Below, one piece after another: positions 9,360-18,374 of a stretch of 64,000 nucleotides of DNA (position 1 is the first letter of the stretch; each line of letters opens with the position of its first letter). Origin of the DNA: a virus (taxonomy: Duplodnaviria > Caudoviricetes). The stretch spans positions 1-64,000 of the IMG/VR virus record IMGVR_UViG_3300023213_000432; one strand, 5' to 3'. The position numbers and the translations under genes are program-made. The notes beneath the pieces were generated by a model. It ran no database searches. It saw only the letters and a list, made by a program, of their open reading frames with translations, and was not told the DNA's origin.

Positions 9360-9737
9360 ATGAATTCTTTATCAAAAGCCTTAGAAGTCATCGAATACGA
9401 TCGAATGATAAAAGAAGGCACGCTTCCAAATGGCGAGCGAGTTCATATCAACATACTATATGCTATCAAGGTGCGAGAAAATTTACTCCTGGAAATCGGA
9501 AGTCTTTTAGTCTCCGAATTGAAGGCAGCCATGGAGTTGGAATCTGCTCGCGGATGTACTAAACAAACCATGACCGAAGAAAAAGAAGCAATTATAGTTC
9601 GTCTTTTCGATGGTAATAGCGATTCCACTATTCGAGAATACGAACGAGAAGCGGCACGAAAGATCCTCGCCATTGTGAATGAAAGCTTTCCCTATGGTCT
9701 GACATTTGCCAAGGAATTGTTGGAGGGAAAACCATGA
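9360..9737 (+). CDS. hypothetical protein
   Basis: ATGA overlap with next. Confidence 0.6.
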   Translation: MNSLSKALEVIEYDRMIKEGTLPNGERVHINILYAIKVRENLLLEIGSLLVSELKAAMELESARGCTKQTMTEEKEAIIVRLFDGNSDSTIREYEREAARKILAIVNESFPYGLTFAKELLEGKP

Positions 9738-9937
9738 ACAGAATCAAAGTTTTGCGCCTCAAAACCAAACATCGCAATTTGAAGCGAGACGCTGGAAGAC
9801 GAAAAGACCGAAAGCTGAAATCCGAAGCCAGAGCTAGAAAAAAGTTTTCGGCTCAACCAAACGACAACACGATGCAAGTAAAACAGTTTCTCGCTGATGA
9901 GGAGCCGGCGCTCGTGCCCGAAACGCCACATGGATAA
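9734..9937 (+). CDS. small basic protein
   Basis: K/R-rich, ATGA-coupled. Confidence 0.55.
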   Translation: MNRIKVLRLKTKHRNLKRDAGRRKDRKLKSEARARKKFSAQPNDNTMQVKQFLADEEPALVPETPHG

Positions 9938-10097
9938 GAAAGACAAGTGTTTTATGTTGGCTCCGCATCCCTCCATGGATCCTTCGTGGGGTTGTCATGT
10001 TTGTCGTACCTTGAACGGAGACCATCGGGAACGATGCAAATTCTGCAATCATTACCGATGTGATAAAGAAGTGGATTCCAAGAATCTTCCAAATTAA
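9930..10097 (+). CDS. small zinc-finger protein
   Basis: WGCHVC..N..HRERCKFC. Confidence 0.6.
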   Translation: MDKKDKCFMLAPHPSMDPSWGCHVCRTLNGDHRERCKFCNHYRCDKEVDSKNLPN

Positions 10098-10112
10098 AAA
10101 AGAAAGCTAAAC

Positions 10113-10490
10113 ATGGAAACTTTCACCTTTGAGTATGTAAATGATGATGGATTAGAGCAAGAGGGATCTCTTCCGGCTCGATATGAAGTTTGTCCTCGTT
10201 GCCAAGGAAAAGGCAAACATTGCGATCCCAATATTGATGGGAACGGAATTACCGAAGAGGAATGGAGCCAGTGGGATGAAGATGAAAAGGAAACATATCT
10301 TAGGGGCGGATATGATGTTATTTGCGAAGAGTGTCGAGGACAGAGAGTTGTCTTAGAAATTGACATGGTTCATATCGAAATCCACGGAACCTTTGAGGAA
10401 AAAGAATTGCTAGAAAGATATTTGGAAATTCAAGAGAGTCTGGCAGAATGCGATCAGATTTCTCAAATGGAACGATTGATGGGAGCTTAA
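10113..10490 (+). CDS. DnaJ-type CxxCxGxG zinc-finger phage protein
   Basis: CPRCQGKG and CEECRG motifs. Confidence 0.7.
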   Translation: METFTFEYVNDDGLEQEGSLPARYEVCPRCQGKGKHCDPNIDGNGITEEEWSQWDEDEKETYLRGGYDVICEECRGQRVVLEIDMVHIEIHGTFEEKELLERYLEIQESLAECDQISQMERLMGA

Positions 10491-10494
10491 AACA

Positions 10495-10692
10495 ATGAGC
10501 AATAAAGTGACTCAACCGACTAATTGGTTTGATCTTTTCTTGAACATAATGAATGTTCAGTTAGATCCATCAGCGTCGGGTATTTGGAAGCCTGAATTCG
10601 TGTACAAATCGAAATCTAAAAAGTGTATTGCTTGTGGAGCTACACGCGGTTATCCGCATACTAAAGGCTGCCCTCCAGTAAGTGGAAATTAG
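10495..10692 (+). CDS. hypothetical protein
   Basis: ORF with C-terminal CIACG..HxxxC. Confidence 0.55.
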   Translation: MSNKVTQPTNWFDLFLNIMNVQLDPSASGIWKPEFVYKSKSKKCIACGATRGYPHTKGCPPVSGN

Positions 10693-10720
10693 TAACCAGA
10701 ATAATAAGAGAGAAAAAAAT

Positions 10721-10981
10721 ATGAACCGACATGAATTCAAGGAAATTCTGATACGTCGAGTGTCAGAGTTAAATGGCTGTAAAGCTATTGCACTAGCAAC
10801 TGATAAAGAAGTGGTTCCATGATTGAGTATCGAGAAAGCTCCAATGATGCCTTGGATTTAGTGGATTGTTTGGATGAATTGATTACAGATGGACAATTGT
10901 TGGAAGTGGAATATGAATTGCCGGAACAGAGCGAGTCAAAAGTTTTCTTTTACCTAAAGGAACTCATATCACGGTGATCTA
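10721..10981 (+). pseudogene. frameshifted small ORF
   Basis: MNRHEFKE.. continues across apparent 1-nt indels near 10817 and 10950. Confidence 0.35.
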
Positions 10982-11302
10982 ATTCAAGATCAAATCCGCA
11001 TCTTTTAACCAAATGGTTCTAAGATGTTTATCATACTTACGAAGCTTGATGGGAATAGAATGTTTTTTCTCCTGTAAAGCTAAAAGGATACGATGTCTTC
11101 CGTCCTGAACGAACATTTTTCCATCAGGTAATTGAGCAATTTCTGGATACCCTTTAGATTTATGTTTCTGAATCCATTGAAAGCTTTCTTCTCGTAGTCC
11201 AGAAGTGTCTAATTGGACATCTTTCAGACTAATTTGAATAGGGATATGCTCTCCGTATTTTTGAGTCAGTAATTTTGCTAAAGCAATCAATCTTTTGGTC
11301 AT
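10979..11302 (-). CDS. ParB/sulfiredoxin-like N-terminal domain protein
   Basis: YPEI..LPDGKMFVQDGRHRILLA motif. Confidence 0.7.
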   Translation of the reverse strand: MTKRLIALAKLLTQKYGEHIPIQISLKDVQLDTSGLREESFQWIQKHKSKGYPEIAQLPDGKMFVQDGRHRILLALQEKKHSIPIKLRKYDKHLRTIWLKDADLILN

Positions 11303-11375
11303 GTAGATTAATACCAGAAAATTGCAGTAGGATATAATTATGATAATCTAATTCGAGGGTGTCAAAATCGCCGCC

Positions 11376-11624
11376 ATGGATCAAAGTGTATATGACACCA
11401 ACCTTAAACCAGGCGATCCTTATGTCGCCAAAAGAAATGCAAGCTGGGAACTCCTAATTTGTGAAGAAGTAGTTTATGGCGCCAACCGTTGTAATAGTAG
11501 CAACGAGAAATATTTTTGCAAGCACCATCCAGAGAAAGGACATCCTGACTACATAATTCCAACAGAGGAAAACGCTTATTGCTATGATTCGTGGGAAAGC
11601 TTCAAAGTATTATCTTTAGATTAA
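11376..11624 (+). CDS. hypothetical protein
   Basis: ORF track. Confidence 0.65.
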   Translation: MDQSVYDTNLKPGDPYVAKRNASWELLICEEVVYGANRCNSSNEKYFCKHHPEKGHPDYIIPTEENAYCYDSWESFKVLSLD

Positions 11625-11642
11625 AAAGAAAAGGTAAAGCCA

Positions 11643-11840
11643 ATGTCAGAAACAGATCAAAAAGTGTTGCAAGAAGCAGAGCGCGATCTCGAAAATGCGC
11701 AACTAGCAGTTTGCGATGTCGCTGCCGAGTTTGTTGATGGGCATACAACGATTGATGTATTACGCGATGCAGTCGTTGAATGGCGCGAATGCGGAGAAGC
11801 ATTAATCAAGATTGTTATTGAACAAGCTGCCGTTAAGTAA
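11643..11840 (+). CDS. hypothetical protein
   Basis: ORF, TAATG overlap with next. Confidence 0.6.
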   Translation: MSETDQKVLQEAERDLENAQLAVCDVAAEFVDGHTTIDVLRDAVVEWRECGEALIKIVIEQAAVK

Positions 11841-12166
11841 TGATAACCATGGAGAAAACAATGCGATTGTTTATATGTCTTATTCTAGTGAGTTGTGCCG
11901 CTTCTCAACCCGTTACTCCGGTGTCAGAAGATCTTCCTCAGATAACCAAAGATGATCCTCGGTGGAGAGAGACTTACGAAGCTGCTTATCAGTTTTCCCT
12001 TCAACGAATTTATGACAAGTGGAAAGACGAGATCAAGATTTTGGAACAGGATTTTCAAAACGGAGATTATCAATCATTCAAGAATCATCGTCGAGAATTT
12101 TGTCAATCCGATACCTCGATTGATTTGCATGGAATGATACATACCAAACCATATTGCGCCGACTAA
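11840..12166 (+). CDS. putative lipoprotein
   Basis: hydrophobic leader ending LVSC. Confidence 0.6.
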   Translation: MITMEKTMRLFICLILVSCAASQPVTPVSEDLPQITKDDPRWRETYEAAYQFSLQRIYDKWKDEIKILEQDFQNGDYQSFKNHRREFCQSDTSIDLHGMIHTKPYCAD

Positions 12167-12180
12167 ACTAAAAGGGAAAA

Positions 12181-12198
12181 TTCCCATCGCCTAACGGC
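12181..12198 (+). repeat. dispersed 18-bp motif
   Basis: exact copy, preceded by GGGAAAA that can pair with TTCCC. Confidence 0.95.
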
Positions 12199-12211
12199 AC
12201 TGAGCCGGCTT

Positions 12212-12412
12212 TTGGAGGCTCTCGTGTCAGCACAAGAAACCAAAGAAGAATTGTTACGTCGTGCTCCCCAATCTCTTCACAAGCTCATTGAGCAATTGGA
12301 TTACGCTCGGCGGTATGCTTGGCAACAATTCTTTAAGTCTCAAAAAGAGTTAGAAGAAACACAAAAGAAACTAGAGTTGGCACTAACCAATTCAAAGGAA
12401 AGACCCAAATGA
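12212..12412 (+). CDS. small coiled-coil protein
   Basis: ATGA overlap with next; start uncertain. Confidence 0.55.
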   Translation: MEALVSAQETKEELLRRAPQSLHKLIEQLDYARRYAWQQFFKSQKELEETQKKLELALTNSKERPK

Positions 12413-12897
12413 ATAAAGAAGAATTCAATAATCAAATTCGCCTCTCATTGCCTGTTTTGGAGCACTATGTCTCTAAGCTAGTTACCACCGTAGATTTGCT
12501 TAAGAAAATTTCACATCTCAATGGAGACTCTCTTGGACTTTCCATTTTGAGTGGCTGTAAGGAACTTTTGGAAGTTGAGGTTAAAGAAGAGGTTTCTAAA
12601 GTTCAAGGAGCTGTATTGGCTCGAAGTCACACCATTTTGAACGAATTTAGTGGAACTATTTCTCCTACTCTTCAAGGACTGAAAGTTGGAGCTAAAGAAT
12701 GGGCTTCAGCTCACAAAGAAGAATTTCCTACCCTTCTCACGGATCAAGGACAATCTGCTCAAGAACTTAAAGCCAAGCTTGATTTGACCCCCTCGTCTCA
12801 TGATGATCGTAAATGGAAGGCTCTTTTGAATATGTGTCAAGGACAGTATCGAAGCGAGGGAAAAGCGTCCATGCGTCGATATTTTCGAGCATCATAA
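12409..12897 (+). CDS. hypothetical protein
   Basis: AAAGGA RBS, 162 aa. Confidence 0.7.
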   Translation: MNKEEFNNQIRLSLPVLEHYVSKLVTTVDLLKKISHLNGDSLGLSILSGCKELLEVEVKEEVSKVQGAVLARSHTILNEFSGTISPTLQGLKVGAKEWASAHKEEFPTLLTDQGQSAQELKAKLDLTPSSHDDRKWKALLNMCQGQYRSEGKASMRRYFRAS

Positions 12898-12899
12898 TC

Positions 12900-13070
12900 A
12901 TGCGGTATCACTACCACATTAGAGAATATCCTCGTTCCAAAATAATTATTGTTTTTGCAGAAACTCTTGGGGACGCATTGGAACAAGTCAAAACCAAACT
13001 CGGTTGGACAAATCCTCAATGGTTGAAAAGTGAATTATGCAAAGATGAAAATTGTACTTGTCGGAAATAA
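12900..13070 (+). CDS. hypothetical protein
   Basis: start re-called at MRYHY. Confidence 0.55.
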   Translation: MRYHYHIREYPRSKIIIVFAETLGDALEQVKTKLGWTNPQWLKSELCKDENCTCRK

Positions 13071-13087
13071 CAAAAGGAAAAATTGTT

Positions 13088-13348
13088 ATGAATGATGTCG
13101 CTTTTCTTTTGGATGTGTTTCAATCCTCTGAAAATAAGGGACAAGGGATCGCCAGCGTCCGTACCATTGTTAGGTGTCTTTATCAAGGAGATTGGGATTC
13201 TGCTTGTTCGGTGCGGCAACAAGAGAGAGACAAAACTAGAAGTCACGCAATGATAGAAGAATTGCTTGCTGAAATTTTTGGATGTCGTCTCCATTGCAAG
13301 AAAAACTGTGATAGTTGGATCTGCACCCGGAAAAATCCCATCGCCTAA
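13088..13348 (+). CDS. hypothetical protein
   Basis: AAAGGA RBS before MNDV. Confidence 0.6.
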   Translation: MNDVAFLLDVFQSSENKGQGIASVRTIVRCLYQGDWDSACSVRQQERDKTRSHAMIEELLAEIFGCRLHCKKNCDSWICTRKNPIA

Positions 13349-13352
13349 CGGC
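13335..13352 (+). repeat. dispersed 18-bp motif, variant
   Basis: atcccatcgcctaacggc, 22 nt before tRNA-Tyr. Confidence 0.9.
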
Positions 13353-13374
13353 ATTAATTGGCAAAGTAGGCAAA

Positions 13375-13457
13375 GGATGATTAGACCCGTATGGTTCGGG
13401 GCGTGACTGTAGATCACGCGCCTTAGTGCCGTCTCGGTTCGATTCCGAGGTCATCCA
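13375..13457 (+). tRNA. tRNA-Tyr(GTA)
   Basis: GGATGAT/GTCATCC acceptor, CGTGA-CTGTAGA-TCACG anticodon arm, long variable arm, CTCGG-TTCGATT-CCGAG; followed by CTA not CCA. Confidence 0.9.
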
Positions 13458-13701
13458 CTAAGTAAGAGTCATTGGAAGATTATGATTTATAGAATTGCGA
13501 TTTCTAAATCCAAAGAATGCATCTGTAACAATCTTTTTCAGTGCGAATGCGAATTTGACTGGTGTCCTAAGTGTGGCAAGTTAAAACTAATGTTGCATTG
13601 GATGTGTTCTCCATGTTGGGATGTTATTTTGGAGGGTCGCCGACGTGGTATTATAGCTCCTAATGCCATGGAGTTTCCAATGCCTCCATCATATTCTATG
13701 A

Positions 13702-13777
13702 GTCTCTGTATGCCGCTCGGCTTCTATCCGAGAGAAAGCTAACTGGAAACATATAGGTTCGAATCCTATCAGAGACA
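13702..13777 (+). tRNA. atypical tRNA-like RNA (possible D-armless Arg-TCT or pseudo-tRNA)
   Basis: perfect GTCTCTG/CAGAGAC acceptor and ATAGG-TTCGAAT-CCTAT T arm; only one internal hairpin CTCGG-CTTCTAT-CCGAG. Confidence 0.6.
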
Positions 13778-13786
13778 CAATAGAGG

Positions 13787-14116
13787 ATGAAGAGAAAAAC
13801 AATGGAATTGAATATTAAAGAATTAGAAATTTTGGTCGTTTTGACCGAGCCTTCTAGTTATAATGCAGGCGATTTAGAGCAAATCTGTCTTTACGACAAG
13901 TTGGTTCAAGCTTTGAACAAATTGAAAGAGCAGGAATTAGAGGAAAAAATCGTGGCGGTTCTAATCCAATTCCTTCTCGACGTTGATAAAGATGAAAAAA
14001 TTAAGCTATTAATAAACGAAGGCGTAATAAGCAAAGAAATATTTTCTTCTGTTAGACAAAAATTACGCATTCTCCAAGAAGAATACGGTATCCAAACGAT
14101 GAGCGATCAACCATGA
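13787..14116 (+). CDS. hypothetical protein
   Basis: GAGGA RBS; ATGA overlap with next. Confidence 0.6.
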   Translation: MKRKTMELNIKELEILVVLTEPSSYNAGDLEQICLYDKLVQALNKLKEQELEEKIVAVLIQFLLDVDKDEKIKLLINEGVISKEIFSSVRQKLRILQEEYGIQTMSDQP

Positions 14117-14253
14117 TAGTCAAAGAAGGTTGGAAATGGATTCTCTACACTAAAGATGGATCCAGAGTACTTGGTCGTCATTCCAGTAAATTAGACGCCC
14201 TAAAACAAGAAAGAGCGATTCAAGCTTCTAAACGTCGAAGGAGATCAAGATGA
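14113..14253 (+). CDS. small basic phage protein
   Basis: MIVKEGWKWILYTKDGSRVLGRHSSKLDALKQERAIQASK, ATGA-coupled both ends (below ORF-track cutoff). Confidence 0.65.
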   Translation: MIVKEGWKWILYTKDGSRVLGRHSSKLDALKQERAIQASKRRRRSR

Positions 14254-14432
14254 ATAAATGGTTTTACGTAGCAATTTTCTTTGGAGTGTTGACGGTAGCT
14301 TGTATAATCAGCGCTGGTTGTTTTCTTGATTTTGGAGGACATATAGGATTAGCAGTTTCTTTGATGGTTTTAGTGCCTATTTTTGGTTTTATTACTTTTG
14401 GTTCTTTTGTTAATGCCATGGATAATTTGTAG
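14250..14432 (+). CDS. small two-TM membrane protein
   Basis: two hydrophobic helices. Confidence 0.65.
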   Translation: MNKWFYVAIFFGVLTVACIISAGCFLDFGGHIGLAVSLMVLVPIFGFITFGSFVNAMDNL

Positions 14433-14440
14433 AAGAAGTT

Positions 14441-14458
14441 TTCCCATCGCCTAACGGC
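14441..14458 (+). repeat. dispersed 18-bp motif
   Basis: exact intergenic copy. Confidence 0.95.
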
Positions 14459-14530
14459 ATTAAAACAAGCTTTGTAGCATTCAAAAATGTTGCAATTTTC
14501 AGATTGAGTTTATTAAAAGGAGAAAAAGAA

Positions 14531-15097
14531 ATGAGTATCATGTTTATGCCCATGCAGTCAGTGGAAACGCCGGAGGGCAACGGCGTCGTGAAATACACCA
14601 AGGTTAATTCGAATAATGAAGTGGATCGAGTGGTGTGCGAAGTGGATGGCAAAGAAGTCGAGTATTCTCCTGATTCAGTGAGAACTCTCGAATCGGAGCC
14701 GGAGACCCAGCGCAATCCCAAACCCAAACAAATTCGGATCAATATCCAATTTCAACATACGGACGGTTCCCTCTTGCCCAAGGATCAGTTTCTGGCTCTA
14801 ATGGGTCAAGAATACGATCGTATTGTTCAAGAATTGGGCGGTACCGACGAAGAGATCGACAAGATCGTTCAGGCATCTTATGATGAACATCCCGGCGCCA
14901 ATTTCAATCTACAATACCTTCAGTCTCGGGTAATGAAAGCGTTGCCTCCTACGGACGTGGATGCATGGAAGAAACTCGACAAGCGATTCAAGGTCTATAT
15001 GGATCGTCACGTTGGAACAAAGGAATCTGGCGCACTCTACGGAGTTAAGCTCGGAAAAGGCGGCGGACACTTTCGTTGGTCAGATCAGAAAGCCTGA
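14531..15097 (+). CDS. SH3-like plus putative winged-helix protein (family with 2387, 50896)
   Basis: AAAGGAG RBS; C-terminus LYGVKLGKGGG. Confidence 0.75.
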   Translation: MSIMFMPMQSVETPEGNGVVKYTKVNSNNEVDRVVCEVDGKEVEYSPDSVRTLESEPETQRNPKPKQIRINIQFQHTDGSLLPKDQFLALMGQEYDRIVQELGGTDEEIDKIVQASYDEHPGANFNLQYLQSRVMKALPPTDVDAWKKLDKRFKVYMDRHVGTKESGALYGVKLGKGGGHFRWSDQKA

Positions 15098-15101
15098 TCT
15101 T

Positions 15102-15728
15102 TCATAGAGAGACGGAGTGTGCCGTCCATCCTTCGGACTGAATATACACCACTGTATAACCAATTTGAGGAGCGGCACCTCCGCGTCCATCTAGCAAAAT
15201 CGTGGCATATCGTGTATCCATAATAGTGTAGCCATGATAATGTCCGCAAGCCATACTAGCATGATGGGTTAGCATCCAATCTTGAAGTTTAATAGCATCC
15301 GGGCATGACGAGCCCTCCCCCATAATGTGATTGGATTCTGAGCCATCTGGCAAAACCAATGTGCTCAATGGTTTATGCATGAAGAGAAAGAGCGCCAAAC
15401 CATTTGGAGTAAATGAGTTAAGAACATCCCAACCATCTTGATTGATAATGTCCGCGCTGTTATCTAGTCCAATCAAAGTAGTTACACCGGGTATTTCTTT
15501 TTTCCATTGTCGAGGCAGCTCAAGACGAGTATCCCATTCAGTATCGTGGTTACCCGGCACTACTAAAAGTTTTCCACTGGATAATCTAGATTTAACTACA
15601 TCATAACCAGGATGTAAATCGCCTACTTGAATCACTATATCGGAATTGGAAAGAGCCGCATCCAAAGCTTGAGCTAAACGATTAGGATCGTTGAAAGATA
15701 AATCGCCCACAATAGATAATTTATACAT
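15102..15728 (-). CDS. calcineurin-like metallophosphoesterase
   Basis: motifs GDL, GDL, GNHD, H, GHYH. Confidence 0.9.
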   Translation of the reverse strand: MYKLSIVGDLSFNDPNRLAQALDAALSNSDIVIQVGDLHPGYDVVKSRLSSGKLLVVPGNHDTEWDTRLELPRQWKKEIPGVTTLIGLDNSADIINQDGWDVLNSFTPNGLALFLFMHKPLSTLVLPDGSESNHIMGEGSSCPDAIKLQDWMLTHHASMACGHYHGYTIMDTRYATILLDGRGGAAPQIGYTVVYIQSEGWTAHSVSL

Positions 15729-15741
15729 GGTATGATACCAT
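15727..15741. promoter_or_regulatory. perfect palindrome between divergent genes
   Basis: ATGGTAT-G-ATACCAT. Confidence 0.3.
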
Positions 15742-15758
15742 CTTATGGAGTTTAAGCA

Positions 15759-16259
15759 ATGTTTGTCGAAGGCAATATGACACCTGCTGAAAAGTTTTGG
15801 CGTGCTAAGCAGGAATTACCGCGAGGTCATATTGGGATCTTGGAATCTCAAGAAGAGTTGAAACAAGAGTATCAATTGTGTCACCAACAAGAATGGGAAT
15901 TTTTTAAGAAGTGGAAGCAAGAAAGATGGATTAATACTTTACAAGTTGCGGCAGATTGTGCAGGTAATTTGTGTCGATCAGTTGGAACAAGAACAATCAA
16001 AGAAGTTCGTCTTAGAGAACCAGATCGAATGTGGAGTCATGGGTATTACAAAGATAGAACCATCTATCTTAATATACCATGCCCTTTGACTCTTGTGGTT
16101 CATGAAACGGCTCATCACATCGTTATTTTGGAAAAGATGGAAAGTTTTCGACATCCTCACGGAGAGGGTTTCTGCGAAGTGGAACAAATGTTGTTTAATT
16201 ATCTTTTGGAGTGGCAAAATTCTCCGGCTTGTCGCTTTGCGATATTGAGCGCAATATGA
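15759..16259 (+). CDS. zinc metallopeptidase-like protein (SprT/minigluzincin-like)
   Basis: HETAHH plus HGEGF. Confidence 0.7.
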   Translation: MFVEGNMTPAEKFWRAKQELPRGHIGILESQEELKQEYQLCHQQEWEFFKKWKQERWINTLQVAADCAGNLCRSVGTRTIKEVRLREPDRMWSHGYYKDRTIYLNIPCPLTLVVHETAHHIVILEKMESFRHPHGEGFCEVEQMLFNYLLEWQNSPACRFAILSAI

Positions 16260-16368
16260 AGTTGGAAATAAGTGTCAGTGATTGTAAGTGTTGGTATTGC
16301 TTTAGACCAAGATTTGCTACTTCGCGTGCTCATTATTTTTTTCAATTAGCATACATTCAATTGATGGT

Positions 16369-16587
16369 TTGCAAATGATTTGGATTGCTTTTATTGTTCG
16401 TCCTGTGGTATGTAGTAACGAGATTGAATACGAGTGTAAAGTGGAGAAGTTTGATCTTCCCAATACTACTCGTGCCGACATGCGGGTAGCTATTTTGCAT
16501 GCTGCTAAAAGGTTTAGAGTGAAGCAGGATTGTATCTTGTGTATTCCTGAGCCTCGTAAGCAACTAGGCGCTGCTCTTGTAACGTAG
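16369..16587 (+). CDS. hypothetical protein
   Basis: ORF track; start uncertain. Confidence 0.45.
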   Translation: MQMIWIAFIVRPVVCSNEIEYECKVEKFDLPNTTRADMRVAILHAAKRFRVKQDCILCIPEPRKQLGAALVT

Positions 16588-16603
16588 AGAAAACTAAGGA
16601 GAC

Positions 16604-17020
16604 ATGTTAATGCGTACCGGACTATTTTTTGAGCATCATGGTATAGCTGATCCAATGTACGACGGTCTTCGAATGACCATTCCAGTTAGGGAATCGCTTG
16701 AGGCTAATGGTCATGTTGTGACTCCAAATGGCGATCTATTCACTGTCATACTGTCCGGTCGTCGTATGTCTCGTGATGTTGTTGCTTGCTGCATTGTGGG
16801 TAAGGAATATCTTGCGCTTCGTCTCGACAATGAACCAGAATATCCGGGGGAATGTCCCGCTGCGTGGTATCAGCGTGGTGAGTGGCTACCTTGCCCTCAA
16901 TGTGGTGCGCCTATCGTATGGTACGAGGCCGGGTACGTGCCAGGCTATCGTGTGTGCGTTCGCAAACCGCATCACCATTGCCAGCTATCGAATGATGGCA
17001 GGAAAGTAAAGCTCGTTTGA
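16604..17020 (+). CDS. hypothetical zinc-ribbon protein
   Basis: AGGAG RBS; CPQCG..WYEAGYVPGYRVC; GC-richer than flanks. Confidence 0.65.
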   Translation: MLMRTGLFFEHHGIADPMYDGLRMTIPVRESLEANGHVVTPNGDLFTVILSGRRMSRDVVACCIVGKEYLALRLDNEPEYPGECPAAWYQRGEWLPCPQCGAPIVWYEAGYVPGYRVCVRKPHHHCQLSNDGRKVKLV

Positions 17021-17076
17021 AACATATGATCCAAAAGATTATTTACAATATCATGATCGAAATAGATCGGAAACGG

Positions 17077-17094
17077 TTCCCATCGCCTAACGGC
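17077..17094 (+). repeat. dispersed 18-bp motif
   Basis: exact intergenic copy. Confidence 0.95.
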
Positions 17095-17143
17095 ACCAAT
17101 TCAATCGACGAAAAAACTTCGCTATCTTGGTAAGATAGACGGG

Positions 17144-17170
17144 TGCTACAGCCGACCTGTAGCATTTTTT
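17144..17170 (+). terminator. intrinsic-terminator-like hairpin in a gene leader
   Basis: TGCTACAG-CCGAC-CTGTAGCA-T6, 5 nt before ATG 17176. Confidence 0.45.
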
Positions 17171-17175
17171 AGAAA

Positions 17176-17406
17176 ATGGAGTATATCATGGATAACGTTA
17201 ATATCACCAAAGAAGGCGAGAATGTTCTCGTCATCCGTATCGACACAAGCAAACGATACGGTCTTTCGCAATCGGGCGATTCGGAGAAAGTTGCGACGAC
17301 GGGCGCACCGCAGTCCTTGGCGGATCAGGGTTTCCCTGGCCTCAAGCTCGGTCTCACCCTTTTCCGTCCTCTTTCGAAAGAAGAGAAAGCAGCCGCGCGA
17401 AAGTAA
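17176..17406 (+). CDS. small phage protein, paralog of 31841
   Basis: ENVLVIRID...SQSGDSEKVA vs ENVLTIKVD...SQSGKSDRVA. Confidence 0.75.
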   Translation: MEYIMDNVNITKEGENVLVIRIDTSKRYGLSQSGDSEKVATTGAPQSLADQGFPGLKLGLTLFRPLSKEEKAAARK

Positions 17407-17410
17407 GCAA

Positions 17411-17784
17411 CTCTTGTTAGCTTAAGTTATTAAGTTAGCACGAGTAAGTGGGGAGAAACTACTTAACAAGTGTTTCTCATGCGATCTCATCAATCGCATA
17501 AGGCAAGGTATCATCGAGAATTGGTTGATGACCACGTAGATCGGTGATTACGAAAACAGGCTTGCCATTAGTAGAAGGGCGTTGGGTTAGGACACGGGCT
17601 CTTTTACGAGATAGTTATAAACTGAAATATTAAGAAAGAGCCCGGCAGAATTATAACCTGCGATCTCCAAAACTGCTAGTCTGGCGGGTTACCGCTTCCC
17701 TACGGGCTCAAAGCATTTTAACGTCCCTGCTAGAAATTGGCATCCTTCAAGACCTCCCCACTAAGATATATTGAAGGATGTCAA
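17411..17784 (+). ncRNA. candidate ~380-nt structured ncRNA, family unknown
   Basis: no ORF; six hairpins of 7-14 bp and a 9-bp long-range pairing 17447-55/17754-62; strand uncertain. Confidence 0.5.
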
Positions 17785-17849
17785 GACAGTCCTAGGTCAT
17801 GACTCTAAACTGATCTAATTTTTAAATACATAACAACAAAGATTGTTCA

Positions 17850-18047
17850 ATGATTATGGACTGTCATAATGTGGATGTTCCGAAAGATAAAAGTTATTGG
17901 GACATTTGTTGGGAAAACTTTTTCCAACATTGTAATGAGGGCGAAGCAGAACTTGATGCTATGGTCGAGTTGGAACAATTGGCTGCAAGATGGGCTAAAA
18001 AACGTGTGTTACGTCTGCGAGCCTTTTCTCATCATTTAGCTAGGTAA
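17850..18047 (+). CDS. hypothetical protein
   Basis: ORF track. Confidence 0.55.
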   Translation: MIMDCHNVDVPKDKSYWDICWENFFQHCNEGEAELDAMVELEQLAARWAKKRVLRLRAFSHHLAR

Positions 18048-18050
18048 AAT

Positions 18051-18374
18051 ATGTGGTTACCTTACGATCCTAAAAATCCACCTAAAATTGGTCAGCTGGT
18101 TAGATATCGATATTATTCCGAGCTGCTTTGGCAGGAGGGACGTGTATCCTCCACAGGATTTTTGTATTTAGGGTGTGTCGATCCTTATGATAGAGAATGG
18201 GAAATATGGCGGGAAGATGAACCATGCCATAATACTTTGCCGAAATCGGTATTGTCAGAACGAGATCGAGAGATTGCTTTCTTCCGCAAAGTAGATATGG
18301 GATGTTGTATTTGTGGGATCAAACAGGAAATGTGCTTTTATCATAAGGAATTGCCCAATGCCAATCGAACTTAA
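18051..18374 (+). CDS. hypothetical protein, W.PYD..PP family
   Basis: paralog of 4433; N-terminus shared with 29864 and 32383. Confidence 0.75.
   Translation: MWLPYDPKNPPKIGQLVRYRYYSELLWQEGRVSSTGFLYLGCVDPYDREWEIWREDEPCHNTLPKSVLSERDREIAFFRKVDMGCCICGIKQEMCFYHKELPNANRT

Noticed and set aside
13482-13742. ORF between the tRNAs, and most minus-strand ORFs overlapping + genes
   Set aside because: Overlap the tRNA-like gene or better-supported ORFs; no RBS or motifs; treated as shadow ORFs
17660-17800. c-di-GMP riboswitch (GCGGGTTACCG), group I intron S element or IS605 end (GGATGTCAA)
   Set aside because: Required partner motifs are missing; the TCAA is sequestered in the terminal stem, unlike an IS right end
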